The translations under genes were made by a program, and so were the position numbers. Below, in pieces: positions 9,639 through 19,012 of a stretch of 64,000 nucleotides of DNA (position 1 is its first letter; every line of letters starts with the position of its first letter). Location of the stretch: positions 4,893 through 68,892 of the forward strand of contig JBBTSD010000007.1 of NCBI GenBank assembly GCA_038064835.1, given 5' to 3'. The notes beneath the pieces were generated by a model. It was not told where the DNA came from and searched no databases. It was given only the letters and a program-made list of their open reading frames with translations. The stretch is from Patescibacteria group bacterium (lineage in GTDB: Bacteria > Patescibacteriota > Minisyncoccia > Phycocordibacterales > UBA2100).

Positions 9639-10847
9639 TCACTCTACCATGTGTGGCACAATAAATGAAAGATGCGGATGTTGCCTTGAAAGCTTCCGTG
9701 TAAGGAAATCAGCAATGTTCCACGGCAACACAAGCGCATGTGTCACTTGATCTGAAATGACCTCATCACCCTTAATTGCAATAGCTGACCCTGGTGTATA
9801 TTTCCCAATTTTTAGTGGAGAAACATCAGTCACGCAGTCGAGAATGGTGTCATCTATGCCACAATAGTTTAGAAGTGTATTGCCTTTTGTGGCCGCGCCA
9901 ATACCCATAATGAGGCCGCCTGTGGCCTTTGCGGTATGAAGCTCGTCAAGAAGATTTTCGCGAAATCGTCTGACCCGTGCACGAAATCGTTCATAGATTT
10001 GTTCTTCGCCGAGGCCAAAAGTCTGCTCATGTTTGGATAGCTTTGCGACTTCTGCACCCTCTACCCCACGACCGATTACAAATCTGATCGAACCTCCCAT
10101 GTACTCATCAATCTGCACATCCATAATTCGAAGGTCGCGCGCCGCAAGAAAATGTCGGAGAGGCTGGACCGAAAAGTAAGATACATGCTCTAGGTACATT
10201 GTATCGAATGCGTCTCGTTCAATAAGGGTAAGCAAGTACGGTACTTCCGCGACGAATACACCCTCAGGCTCAAGTGCATTCATAATGTCGTCAAAAAATA
10301 TATCCAGATTATCTATGTGATTGAGAAGATTGGTAGCAGTTATTATTTTTGCGCCACCTTCCTTGGCTACGCGCATGGCTATCTCATGATCCCAGAAACG
10401 CTCAGCTGTCTCTATGCCGTTCTCTACAGAAATCATAGCTATGTTGTGCGACGGTTCTACATTTAAGGTGCCTGCCCTAAACTGATCACGGAAGGCCCTG
10501 AGGAGGGTACCGATATTTCCCCCAATATCGACCACAAGATCCTGCGGACCCAGTTTTGCGAACCTACCCACATCGCGTGCGAATTCAAAAAAGTGTGCAA
10601 CTGCCACATCCGAGTTAGCTGAGTCGTAGCTATATTCTGTTTCTTGATAACGCTGTTCGGGTGGAACGCGATAGCCATTCATCGCGTGCCCGCACGAAAG
10701 ACAGCGGAGTACTGTGAGCGGGTATCTCGGCAGCGATCCTGCGCCTGCCTTAGACTTCATAAAAGTGTCAGCAAGTGGATGTAAGCCAAGATCAATGATA
10801 AGTGCCAAATCTTGGGAAGCGCACAGGGCGCACTGCTTTACCGGCAT
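9639..10847 (-). CDS. NDP-hexose C-methyltransferase (TylCIII/TcaB9-like; zinc-ribbon + class I SAM MTase + C-MT C-terminal domain)
   Basis: N-terminal Cys pairs CALC...CLSC (zinc ribbon); glycine-rich SAM motif VVDIGGNIGTL; about 400 aa as in sugar C3-methyltransferases; ATG at 10847 preferred over the track TTG at 10874. Confidence 0.7.
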   Translation of the reverse strand: MPVKQCALCASQDLALIIDLGLHPLADTFMKSKAGAGSLPRYPLTVLRCLSCGHAMNGYRVPPEQRYQETEYSYDSANSDVAVAHFFEFARDVGRFAKLGPQDLVVDIGGNIGTLLRAFRDQFRAGTLNVEPSHNIAMISVENGIETAERFWDHEIAMRVAKEGGAKIITATNLLNHIDNLDIFFDDIMNALEPEGVFVAEVPYLLTLIERDAFDTMYLEHVSYFSVQPLRHFLAARDLRIMDVQIDEYMGGSIRFVIGRGVEGAEVAKLSKHEQTFGLGEEQIYERFRARVRRFRENLLDELHTAKATGGLIMGIGAATKGNTLLNYCGIDDTILDCVTDVSPLKIGKYTPGSAIAIKGDEVISDQVTHALVLPWNIADFLTRKLSRQHPHLSFIVPHMVE

Positions 10848-10873
10848 AATGCCCGTACTGTACCATAGGGGCA

Positions 10874-11512
10874 ATGGCGAATATATTGGTAACGGGTGCA
10901 GATGGTGGAATTGGCTCCGCTATATGCACACTCTTGCGCGATGCAGGTCACCATGTCGTCAAGGTCACCCGAACCGACGCTGACCTCGCGTCCGCACATG
11001 CAATAAAAACACTTAAGGAACATATCGCCACCACACAGGAGTTTGACTGGGTTATCTGTGCTCAAGGTTTCATTGATACAGAAACAGTGCTGGAGAAGCA
11101 AACCCCGGATACTATCGCTGCAACATTCAACATCAACACTCTGGCGACCATCTATCTTGCCCAACAATTTGTACCTCACCTCGCACGCGGGGGTGGGATG
11201 ATTGCCATTTCTTCTGCCGCAGGAATTCAGGCAAATGGTCGCTTTAGTGTGTACTCCGCTTCAAAAGCCGCGGTCAACAGCTTCATGCAAGCCATGGCGC
11301 GTAACCGGCCTGAGCAAAACTTTTTTGCGGTATGCCCTGGGCCGACAAATACGACCATGCGAGAGCGTATCGCACACGATGCAAAGGAGATGCAGAGTCC
11401 GAAAGTGATTGCAGAGGTAGTAGCCACCCTCATCAACCATGCCTCTAGCTACAAAAGTGGCGATCTGATACTGGTAAAAGACGGGTCTGCTACACTCGCT
11501 GGACGCCTATAG
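10874..11512 (+). CDS. short-chain dehydrogenase/reductase (SDR)
   Basis: 212 aa; TGADGGIGSAI Rossmann motif; SAAGIQANGRFSVYSASKAA contains the catalytic YxxxK. Confidence 0.75.
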   Translation: MANILVTGADGGIGSAICTLLRDAGHHVVKVTRTDADLASAHAIKTLKEHIATTQEFDWVICAQGFIDTETVLEKQTPDTIAATFNINTLATIYLAQQFVPHLARGGGMIAISSAAGIQANGRFSVYSASKAAVNSFMQAMARNRPEQNFFAVCPGPTNTTMRERIAHDAKEMQSPKVIAEVVATLINHASSYKSGDLILVKDGSATLAGRL

Positions 11513-12496
11513 CTTGGGGTGAGAGAGATACCATTCGATTGTCTGTTGCAATCCTTTTTTGAGCGGTGTTCTTGCCCTCCACCCTGCATCTTTTTTTATT
11601 TTTGAGACATCCGCAAGACGCCTTTTGACACTTCCTGCAGGAGATTTTTTTACTATGAGTTTTTTGGGGCGCCATTTCATTACACTAAAAATCTCTTCCA
11701 CCAAGTCTTTGATGACAGTCTCTTCTTGTGTACCAATATGGTATGTTTCGCCATCGGTTTTTTTTGATTCCATCACCATCTGAATCGCTTCGACAGCATC
11801 GTCGATATAACAAAATGATCGCGTGTCGTCTGCGCCGAATATGGTGAATGGCTCCACTTCTCGACTTGCACGACCGACGATTTCTGGAATCACATGCTCG
11901 TACCCCGCTCGTGGACCATAAAAATTGTGCGGACGCACGATGGACATTCGAAAATCGTACGCTTTTGCATAGTGTATAAAAAAGAGTTCGCCAATGAGTT
12001 TTTGCCCCCCATAGGACCAGCGCGGATTGTAGGTATCGGCTATGACCAGTGGCACATCTTCTGGTGTGGGTAGAGGAAGCTTGCCGAACGCTTCGAGAGC
12101 ACTCCCGTAAGCCTCGTTCGACGAGGTGTACAAAATTTTCGCATCTCGTTTTTTGTTGTGCGTGCGAAACCAATCAAGCACATTCATTGTTGTCGAGACA
12201 CCGATACGCAACACTTCGTGTGGGATTTCGTAGAAAAGCTTGGTGCCGTTAATACCAACCAGGTGGTATACATGGTCGTATCCGCCACCGATTTTCTTCC
12301 ACGCGCGTGGATCTGTCAGATCCGCTTTAAAAAAGGTGACATTGGGACGAGCGATAAGAGCTTTGAAGTCGTCGTCATGTTTGCCTCGAAAAAAGTTGTC
12401 GGCAATAGTAACACGATACCCTTTCTGGTCTGCAAGTCGTTTCCCGAGACGGTAACCGACAAATCCTGCCCCGCCGGTAATTAAAACTTTTGTCAT
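11507..12496 (-). CDS. NAD-dependent nucleotide-sugar epimerase/dehydratase (extended SDR)
   Basis: MTKVLITGGAGFVGYRLGKRL Rossmann start; YGGQK catalytic motif; ATG at 12496. Confidence 0.8.
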   Translation of the reverse strand: MTKVLITGGAGFVGYRLGKRLADQKGYRVTIADNFFRGKHDDDFKALIARPNVTFFKADLTDPRAWKKIGGGYDHVYHLVGINGTKLFYEIPHEVLRIGVSTTMNVLDWFRTHNKKRDAKILYTSSNEAYGSALEAFGKLPLPTPEDVPLVIADTYNPRWSYGGQKLIGELFFIHYAKAYDFRMSIVRPHNFYGPRAGYEHVIPEIVGRASREVEPFTIFGADDTRSFCYIDDAVEAIQMVMESKKTDGETYHIGTQEETVIKDLVEEIFSVMKWRPKKLIVKKSPAGSVKRRLADVSKIKKDAGWRARTPLKKGLQQTIEWYLSHPKL

Positions 12497-12503
12497 GGCA
12501 GAT

Positions 12504-13295
12504 TTAAAGCACCGTTGTCTTATATCGCTGATTGATCTCAACTATTCCTTGGAAGAGAGATAGTCCCCATTCTTGTCCAAGCACCTTATTTGCATACTGC
12601 GCAAAGGCGCTCGAGTCTTTTGGAAGACACGACCCGCCGAAGCCACGGAAATTCTCATTGCAGTCAAGGTAGGCATCTTGGATTGAACGGTGCTTTGTGA
12701 TGGCATTTTTTACCTTCTTGTAATCCGCGCCCGAAGCTTTGCACACATCGTAGAATTGATTGGCGAATACTATGCGCAACGCATTAAAGACATTCAAGAA
12801 ATATTTAGCAAATTCTGCTTCCTTGGGCGAAACAAAAGCATACTGCTTGGGGAGAGGTTCGTGCACGGAGCGTAGCAGTTCTGCATCCTCTTTTGTATAG
12901 GTACCAATGATACAGACATCATGGTTCTCGACAAAATCGACATACATCGCTCGCTCACGCAAGAATTCCGGAACAAATGCCAACCGCAACTGCGGGTGTT
13001 CCATTGAGAGGCGGTCTGTAGTGCCAGGCTCTACAGTGGATTTGATTGTCACCAATCCTCGATACTGTGCTTGTGCAAGATCTCCGACGACCTTCTCTAC
13101 TATTGATAGATTGCATGAACCATCTGCCGACTGTGGTGTAGGAACACTAATAAAAACCGTTTCCGTACCAAGTACATCTTTAAGAGAGGTTTCGGGCATT
13201 TTCGTATCGAACACAGCAACATCGTGCCCAATGCGTGTAAAACCATGCCGTATTGCACTTCCGACAAAACCAACACCAATGATACCTACTTTCAT
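12504..13295 (-). CDS. truncated UDP-glucose/GDP-mannose dehydrogenase family protein (N-terminal and central domains only)
   Basis: 263 aa; MKVGIIGVGFVG NAD motif; PEFLRE; catalytic-Cys motif GFGGSCLPKD 34 aa before the C-terminus; C-terminal UDP-sugar-binding domain absent with no room for it downstream. Confidence 0.65.
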   Translation of the reverse strand: MKVGIIGVGFVGSAIRHGFTRIGHDVAVFDTKMPETSLKDVLGTETVFISVPTPQSADGSCNLSIVEKVVGDLAQAQYRGLVTIKSTVEPGTTDRLSMEHPQLRLAFVPEFLRERAMYVDFVENHDVCIIGTYTKEDAELLRSVHEPLPKQYAFVSPKEAEFAKYFLNVFNALRIVFANQFYDVCKASGADYKKVKNAITKHRSIQDAYLDCNENFRGFGGSCLPKDSSAFAQYANKVLGQEWGLSLFQGIVEINQRYKTTVL

Positions 13296-13320
13296 GCGGG
13301 CATCTTAGCATCAGAATTTA

Positions 13321-15123
13321 TCAAAAAACCATTGACACAAAAGATACCTTGTGTGGAGGACTATCAATGGCGCGAGTATATACAACAAAATCACCTATTG
13401 TGGCAATTTCGCGGAGCCACGAAATTGCATCAAAGCCCGCTCTATCAGCAACGCGTATCGCCACCAGCGTAATGCCAAGTGTGCCAAAGGCTTCCTCCCA
13501 TGTTTTCTTGTAGAACACCGTGTAATCGGCTGTAAGGCGCGAGAATTCTTCCTCAGGAATCGCAGATGAGTCACCTGTGAGCTCACGAAGCCACAAACCC
13601 CACAAACGATCGCCAACATGGTGCGCCTCTTCCCGAATCACTCCCTCAAAATCCTCTGGCACGATGCCGCGAAGCCGATATTCGAGAAACAACCGATTAT
13701 CAAAAAATACTTGTGGTATCGGATACGATCCCAGATTGACTGTATTTGGTACATTGTGGGCAGTGTATATAGGAATGAAATCGGCAGTTTCTCCATCAGT
13801 CCAAATAGTTTGTGGCGTTTTTAAGGTTTGAAGGTACTCAACGAGTGGCCCGTATGCTTGCGTGGCAAGCGCAACCTTACGAGTCTCGGCATACCACGGA
13901 GCAACAAAACCCATACTATTGAATATGAGTACACTGAGTATGAGCGCAACGACACCACGCCTGAAAGGTGCTTGTACAAAGCGTTCTATGATACCCCCAA
14001 CGAGTAGCCCAGCGATAATGCCCGCAAGCGGTTTTGTAACATACCAATGATAGTGTCCTCCTTGCAGATAAACACCTGTTATAAGTTGCAGATTGATTAC
14101 AAAGAAAATGGCACCGCATGCAAGAAACAAGAATGTCCTCCCTGTTCGCGGAAATGTGCGTGGCCACACAAAAGCAATGAGCGCTACCATGAGTGGGAGT
14201 AGCGCCCCGAGCACAAATTCACGCCGAGGAACAACGCCGAGATACCGTGCAACAGTTTCGTATTCGGGAAGCGCGTGCAGTGCCCCATAGTTCAGAGCAA
14301 ATGGAATCGCACATGCAATCGCGATGCAACCGGCAAAAAAAGCAGCGCGGGCATTTACACCCCCCTGCCGCACAAAAAGCCATACCCACACCAGGAAAAG
14401 CAACACACTGAGGAATGAGAAAACAAAAGGTGATACATACAATGAAGTGCCGACAACTACACCAAGGGTACCCACCCACTGCCACTTTATCTTCTCATCA
14501 CTGGAGTCGAGAAGTCTGCGGTACATAAGAGCAAGCGCTCCGAAAAGGAATATGCCAGATATCGAGGGATTCACGAGCCGTGAAAAAAGCAGGAACGGCC
14601 CACCTGTGGGGGCACCTTTTGCAAGATCTATAAAGGGTGCTGGCGAGAAGACAATGAGGTTATACCCGAGGACAGTGAAGGCTGATGCAATGAGCGCGGC
14701 TATACGAGATCTCGAAAGCGCGAACGAAAACGCATACACAAGCAGTGTGATAGCAACCACAGAAAAAAATCTGGAGATAGTTGCGGCGCGAGCAGCATCG
14801 AGTCTGAAAATCTTGCCAAACACTGCAATAATGATTTCGCCAAATGGAGGGGTTGTATAAGGTCCGTCCTTATTCGAGAGAAATGTATTACTCACTCTAG
14901 GATGCCCTTCATACACCTCGTGGATACGCGCCTGGTAGTGATTTTCAGCATCAAGCATCATCATTTCGATACCGCGATATCCTGGCTCGCTCCAAAGCAG
15001 GATGTAGGGCACCATAGTTATGATTCCCGCGACAAGCGCAAGCAGAAGCGCACCGGCATGTATGCTCATTTCCGCCTTCGCAATCACTAGCATTCGGGAC
15101 AACGACTTTTGCATAAGGGACAC
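13321..15123 (-). CDS. large polytopic membrane protein, putative GT-C-type glycosyltransferase
   Basis: 600 aa; about 11 TM helices in the first 410 aa plus about 190-aa soluble C-terminal domain; neighbours a polyprenyl-phosphate sugar synthase-like GT2. Confidence 0.45.
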   Translation of the reverse strand: MSLMQKSLSRMLVIAKAEMSIHAGALLLALVAGIITMVPYILLWSEPGYRGIEMMMLDAENHYQARIHEVYEGHPRVSNTFLSNKDGPYTTPPFGEIIIAVFGKIFRLDAARAATISRFFSVVAITLLVYAFSFALSRSRIAALIASAFTVLGYNLIVFSPAPFIDLAKGAPTGGPFLLFSRLVNPSISGIFLFGALALMYRRLLDSSDEKIKWQWVGTLGVVVGTSLYVSPFVFSFLSVLLFLVWVWLFVRQGGVNARAAFFAGCIAIACAIPFALNYGALHALPEYETVARYLGVVPRREFVLGALLPLMVALIAFVWPRTFPRTGRTFLFLACGAIFFVINLQLITGVYLQGGHYHWYVTKPLAGIIAGLLVGGIIERFVQAPFRRGVVALILSVLIFNSMGFVAPWYAETRKVALATQAYGPLVEYLQTLKTPQTIWTDGETADFIPIYTAHNVPNTVNLGSYPIPQVFFDNRLFLEYRLRGIVPEDFEGVIREEAHHVGDRLWGLWLRELTGDSSAIPEEEFSRLTADYTVFYKKTWEEAFGTLGITLVAIRVADRAGFDAISWLREIATIGDFVVYTRAIDSPPHKVSFVSMVF

Positions 15124-15124
15124 C

Positions 15125-16975
15125 TTACCGCATCCACGCGTTATGCCAAAGATGCAGTGTCAGCAGTGACCATAGTTTTTTGCGATGGTTGTGACTCCCT
15201 GAAAGATGCTCTAATACAAATCGCTCAACAACTCGTGGGTCGCAAAGCCCTGCATCAGCCACCCTCTCGCAAGAAAGAGTGTCGGTAAGTAACGGCTTCC
15301 ACTCATGCGTGAGCCACGCGCCAACTGGCAAGCCGAAACCATGCTTACGCCTCCATGCTATACCGTGTGGTAGTTTTTGCTCGGCGAGTTTCCGTAAAAT
15401 ATACTTTCCTTTTCCGTGTCTGAGCTTACGGTTCGCTGGGAGCGCAAGAGCAAACTCTGCGAGCGCACGATCCAAGAGTGGTGCTCGTGTTTCAAGAGAT
15501 GCAAACATACTCGCCCGATCTGCCTTGGTGAGGTAGAGATCAAGCACTGTGCGTGCGTACCACCACGACGAGCGCGAGAGAGGGGTCATGTTCGGCATAT
15601 TCTCCAAGAGCCTGTCTGTGCGTATACAAGGATCTTCAATCGCGTCATGGAAACCTTCCGCAAGAACTTCGCGGACTTCGTCAGACGAAAATCCTGAAAG
15701 CCACCCTTGGTGGGCGTAAAGCGGTTCTTTCTCCGCACCGCGTAGAAATTGCTTAATCAAAAAATCCGCACTCATATACCGATGCGAGGCAGGTAAAAAC
15801 GAAGCCAATGGTTCGAGGGCTCGTCGCGCGGATTGGGGAACATGCTGATACATTCTCAGTAGCTGTTCTGCAAAAAAGGTTGGGTAACCGAGGAAAAGCT
15901 CGTCGCCACCGTCACCCGTCAGCGCCACCGTCACCCGTTCACGCGCAAAGCGTGAAAGCAAATGTGTGGGCAAAATTGCCGGATCTGCTATAGGTTCGTC
16001 CATGTATGGCACGAGTGTCACGAGGGTGTCTCGCACCTCTTGGGCACACAAGATTCGTTCGTGATGCTGTGTACCAAGATGGTTCGCGACCCTACGGGCA
16101 TGTGCTGATTCGTCATAACTCTTCTCTTCGAAGCCGATAGAAAATGTGTGTATGTCCCCTGCAATTTCATGTGCGTATGCAGCGATAAGTGATGAATCAA
16201 CCCCGCCCGAAAGAAAGACCCCCAGCGGCACATCACTAGCAAGCTGTCTCTCAACACTAGATCGGATAAGTGTTCCTACTTGTTCGAGATCATCATTCAA
16301 GGAAGTGTCATTTTTTGAAAAGGTCGGATGCCAATAGCGTCTTTCACTTAAAACACCTCTTTTGAATTTTAGGCACGTTGCAACAGGCACTTTTTTTACA
16401 TCACGCCACATACTGGCAGGGGTAACAGGAGTGTCGTACAGCAGGAACGATGAGAGTCCTTCAGGGCTGATTTCGCGTGACACAAGCGGATGAACAAAAA
16501 GCGCCTTTGGCTCTGAGGCAAATATCAACGACTCCCCTTTTACTGCATAGTAGAGTGGCTTCTCGCCAAAGCGATCGCGGACAAGGTATATGTCTTCTGT
16601 ATGTTCATCATACAAAGCAAATGCAAACATACCCTCAAGCAACTCAAAAGCTTTTTCCCCTTCGCGTTCAAAAAGCGCAAGAATAACCTCTGTATCACTC
16701 TGTGACACAAAGGACACACCGCTTCGCACAAGATTCTCGCGAAGTTGTTGATAGTTATAAATCTCGCCATTGAAGGTAATGACAACCGACCCACGACGCA
16801 TGGGCTGTGCCGCGGCTGGTGACAAGTCGATGATGGCGAGCCGTCGATGCGCGAAGCCGACTCTTCCTGCAATCCACACACCTTCTCCATCAGGTCCACG
16901 ATGTGCAAGTCTGCTGTTCATTGACTGAAGAACCTCTCTGGTACCTTCTCCGCAGTAACCCCCAATACCACACAT
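15125..16975 (-). CDS. asnB: asparagine synthase (glutamine-hydrolysing) family amidotransferase
   Basis: 616 aa; MCGIGGY N-terminal nucleophile Cys2; SGGVDSS PP-loop. Confidence 0.85.
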   Translation of the reverse strand: MCGIGGYCGEGTREVLQSMNSRLAHRGPDGEGVWIAGRVGFAHRRLAIIDLSPAAAQPMRRGSVVITFNGEIYNYQQLRENLVRSGVSFVSQSDTEVILALFEREGEKAFELLEGMFAFALYDEHTEDIYLVRDRFGEKPLYYAVKGESLIFASEPKALFVHPLVSREISPEGLSSFLLYDTPVTPASMWRDVKKVPVATCLKFKRGVLSERRYWHPTFSKNDTSLNDDLEQVGTLIRSSVERQLASDVPLGVFLSGGVDSSLIAAYAHEIAGDIHTFSIGFEEKSYDESAHARRVANHLGTQHHERILCAQEVRDTLVTLVPYMDEPIADPAILPTHLLSRFARERVTVALTGDGGDELFLGYPTFFAEQLLRMYQHVPQSARRALEPLASFLPASHRYMSADFLIKQFLRGAEKEPLYAHQGWLSGFSSDEVREVLAEGFHDAIEDPCIRTDRLLENMPNMTPLSRSSWWYARTVLDLYLTKADRASMFASLETRAPLLDRALAEFALALPANRKLRHGKGKYILRKLAEQKLPHGIAWRRKHGFGLPVGAWLTHEWKPLLTDTLSCERVADAGLCDPRVVERFVLEHLSGSHNHRKKLWSLLTLHLWHNAWMR

Positions 16976-16989
16976 AAGACATTGCTCGA

Positions 16990-17943
16990 CTACCTTGTAG
17001 AATCTGCAATCGAGTACGGCTTTTTCTGTTGCGACTCATAGTAGGTACGCATCAAAATTTCTGCCAAGACACCGAACAGAACGAATTGCACACCAACAAT
17101 AACAAAGAGCGCCGCAAGAGTTGGTAGTGGTGTTTCGATAAGAGTAGGCCCGCCGGAAAACTTCAAGATAAGTGCGGTGGCAAGTGTCAGAAATCCACCT
17201 GCGATGCTGGCAATCCCCCACCCACCAAAAAAATGCATGGGGCGATTAAAATAACGATGCATGAAAACAACAAAAACCAAATCGAGGAGTACGCGAAATG
17301 TTCTGGAGATACCGTACTTGCTTACCCCAAATCGACGCGGAGTATGTGTCACGGGAAGCTCTATAATCCGCCCGCCACGCCAGGCGGCATATGCCGCAAC
17401 AAAACGATGCATCTCACCGTAGAGTTGCACTTCCTTGAGAACCGATGCCTTGTATGCTTTGAGTGTACATCCGTAATCATGTAGATGTACTCCCGTAAGA
17501 CGCGAGATGAGACGATTGGCGACAAGTGAGGGAAATTTTCGCGTAACGCGTTGGCTCGCCCAGCGCCCTTGTCTCCACCCAGACACCACATCGTATCCCT
17601 TACGAAGCTGTGCAACGAGCCTTGGGATATCGTTTGGGTCGTTCTCCAAATCAGTATCTATAGTGACGATAATGTCGCCTTTTGCACGCTCTATACCTGC
17701 CGCAAGCGCAGCCGTTTGACCAAAATTACGCGTGAGCCGTATCACCTGCACAGGAAGCGAACCCTGAGTGCGCGAAATCGTTTCTGCCGTTCCGTCGCGC
17801 GAGCCATCATCTACCATAATGAGCTCGAATACGCCGAGTGCCGGTGCGACTGCGCGCATCTGATCCAGAAAATGCGGGACGCTCTCCGACTCATTGTAGA
17901 GAGGCGCGATAATGGAGAGTTCCAGCTTCTCACTACGCATCAT
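16990..17943 (-). CDS. GT2 polyprenyl-phosphate sugar synthase (GtrB/ArnC/Dpm1-like) with C-terminal TM helices
   Basis: 317 aa; APLYNESESV...VDDGSRDGT GT-A motifs; DxD (DTD); two C-terminal TM helices typical of GtrB/ArnC. Confidence 0.75.
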   Translation of the reverse strand: MMRSEKLELSIIAPLYNESESVPHFLDQMRAVAPALGVFELIMVDDGSRDGTAETISRTQGSLPVQVIRLTRNFGQTAALAAGIERAKGDIIVTIDTDLENDPNDIPRLVAQLRKGYDVVSGWRQGRWASQRVTRKFPSLVANRLISRLTGVHLHDYGCTLKAYKASVLKEVQLYGEMHRFVAAYAAWRGGRIIELPVTHTPRRFGVSKYGISRTFRVLLDLVFVVFMHRYFNRPMHFFGGWGIASIAGGFLTLATALILKFSGGPTLIETPLPTLAALFVIVGVQFVLFGVLAEILMRTYYESQQKKPYSIADSTR

Positions 17944-17962
17944 CGCATGCTACCATCCGATT

Positions 17963-18868
17963 ATGATTATTGCTAAGCTTCAAGGTGGCCTTGGAAATCA
18001 GATGTTTCAGTATGCTTTTGGCCGCGCGCTTGCCATAAGGCAGGGAACGAAGCTCAAGCTCGATGTCACCATGTTCCCCGCCTACAAGTATCACAACCGA
18101 ATGATTGATCATCTTAATATAACCGCCCCTTTTGCAACTGATTTAGAAGTAATTCGTTTCAGCATCTACAGACGCAGACCTGAGTGGCCGCTAAAAATTC
18201 TCAACCCCCTCCTGCGCAATCCAAAAAAATATGTGAATGAGTCCTCGTTTTATTTCACCCCAACCCTTTTAGAAACGAAAAGCCCATGCCTAGTAGACGG
18301 ATATTGGCTCTGTGAAAAATACTTTTTGGATATTGAAGACACTATTCGACATGAATTCACTATCCGCTCACCTCTTAACGAGTTTTCGAAAAAAATGGCT
18401 AGCAAGATTCGACTGGCTACACATCCAATCATGCTTCATGTCCGGCGAGCCGACTATGCTACCGATTATGTAAAAGTACATGGGACACTTTCTCCTGCCT
18501 ATTACGAACGCGCATTCTCACTTATGCGCGAGCGTGTCCCCGACGCATCGTACTTCATTTTCTCTGACGACCCCGAATGGGCCCGTACGCACATCCATCC
18601 CGACGCACCCACCGAGTACATTGGCCAGGGAGCAGATTTCAACTACCTGGATTTGTACCTTATGAGCTTGTGTGAGCACTTTATCCTTGCAAACAGCACT
18701 TTTAGCTGGTGGGGTGCATGGCTGTCAAAAAGCTATCGGAACAATCTCACAATCATGCCGAAATATATGACGACAAAAATGGGCACTCGTGACCTGGCGC
18801 ATCCTAGCTGGACCATAGTAGATGACGCCGAATGGAGCGCGCACACTCACCTCCGGAGCAGTTCGTAA
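17963..18868 (+). CDS. GT11 alpha-1,2-fucosyltransferase family glycosyltransferase
   Basis: LQGGLGNQMFQYAFGRAL N-terminal motif is the GT11 signature; HVRRADY motif; start trimmed to ATG 17963. Confidence 0.75.
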   Translation: MIIAKLQGGLGNQMFQYAFGRALAIRQGTKLKLDVTMFPAYKYHNRMIDHLNITAPFATDLEVIRFSIYRRRPEWPLKILNPLLRNPKKYVNESSFYFTPTLLETKSPCLVDGYWLCEKYFLDIEDTIRHEFTIRSPLNEFSKKMASKIRLATHPIMLHVRRADYATDYVKVHGTLSPAYYERAFSLMRERVPDASYFIFSDDPEWARTHIHPDAPTEYIGQGADFNYLDLYLMSLCEHFILANSTFSWWGAWLSKSYRNNLTIMPKYMTTKMGTRDLAHPSWTIVDDAEWSAHTHLRSSS

Positions 18869-18875
18869 AAGGTGC

Positions 18876-18900
18876 CGCGGAGCAGAGCTCCGCGGCATTA
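18876..18900. terminator. perfect palindromic hairpin (gccgcggagc-agag-ctccgcggc) between the GT11 gene and a convergent hypothetical gene
   Basis: 10-bp GC-rich inverted repeat; only a weak U-tract (cuuuuac on the minus strand). Confidence 0.4.
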
Positions 18901-19012
18901 GTGGTGCGGTCTCACAAATGTAAGTAACGGCACTATAATCATCTCATGGGAGAAAAATTCGAGCGAGGCAGTTTATCAAGCGTACCTGAGGAGAGCGCGA
19001 TGCTCGAGCAGA

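Noticed and set aside
12200-12504. Frameshifted C-terminal domain of the short UgdH-like gene
   Set aside because: The downstream epimerase gene starts 8 nt after the UgdH-like stop with a canonical Rossmann N-terminus, leaving no alternative frame that could encode a UDP-binding domain. The truncation is therefore not a simple frameshift.
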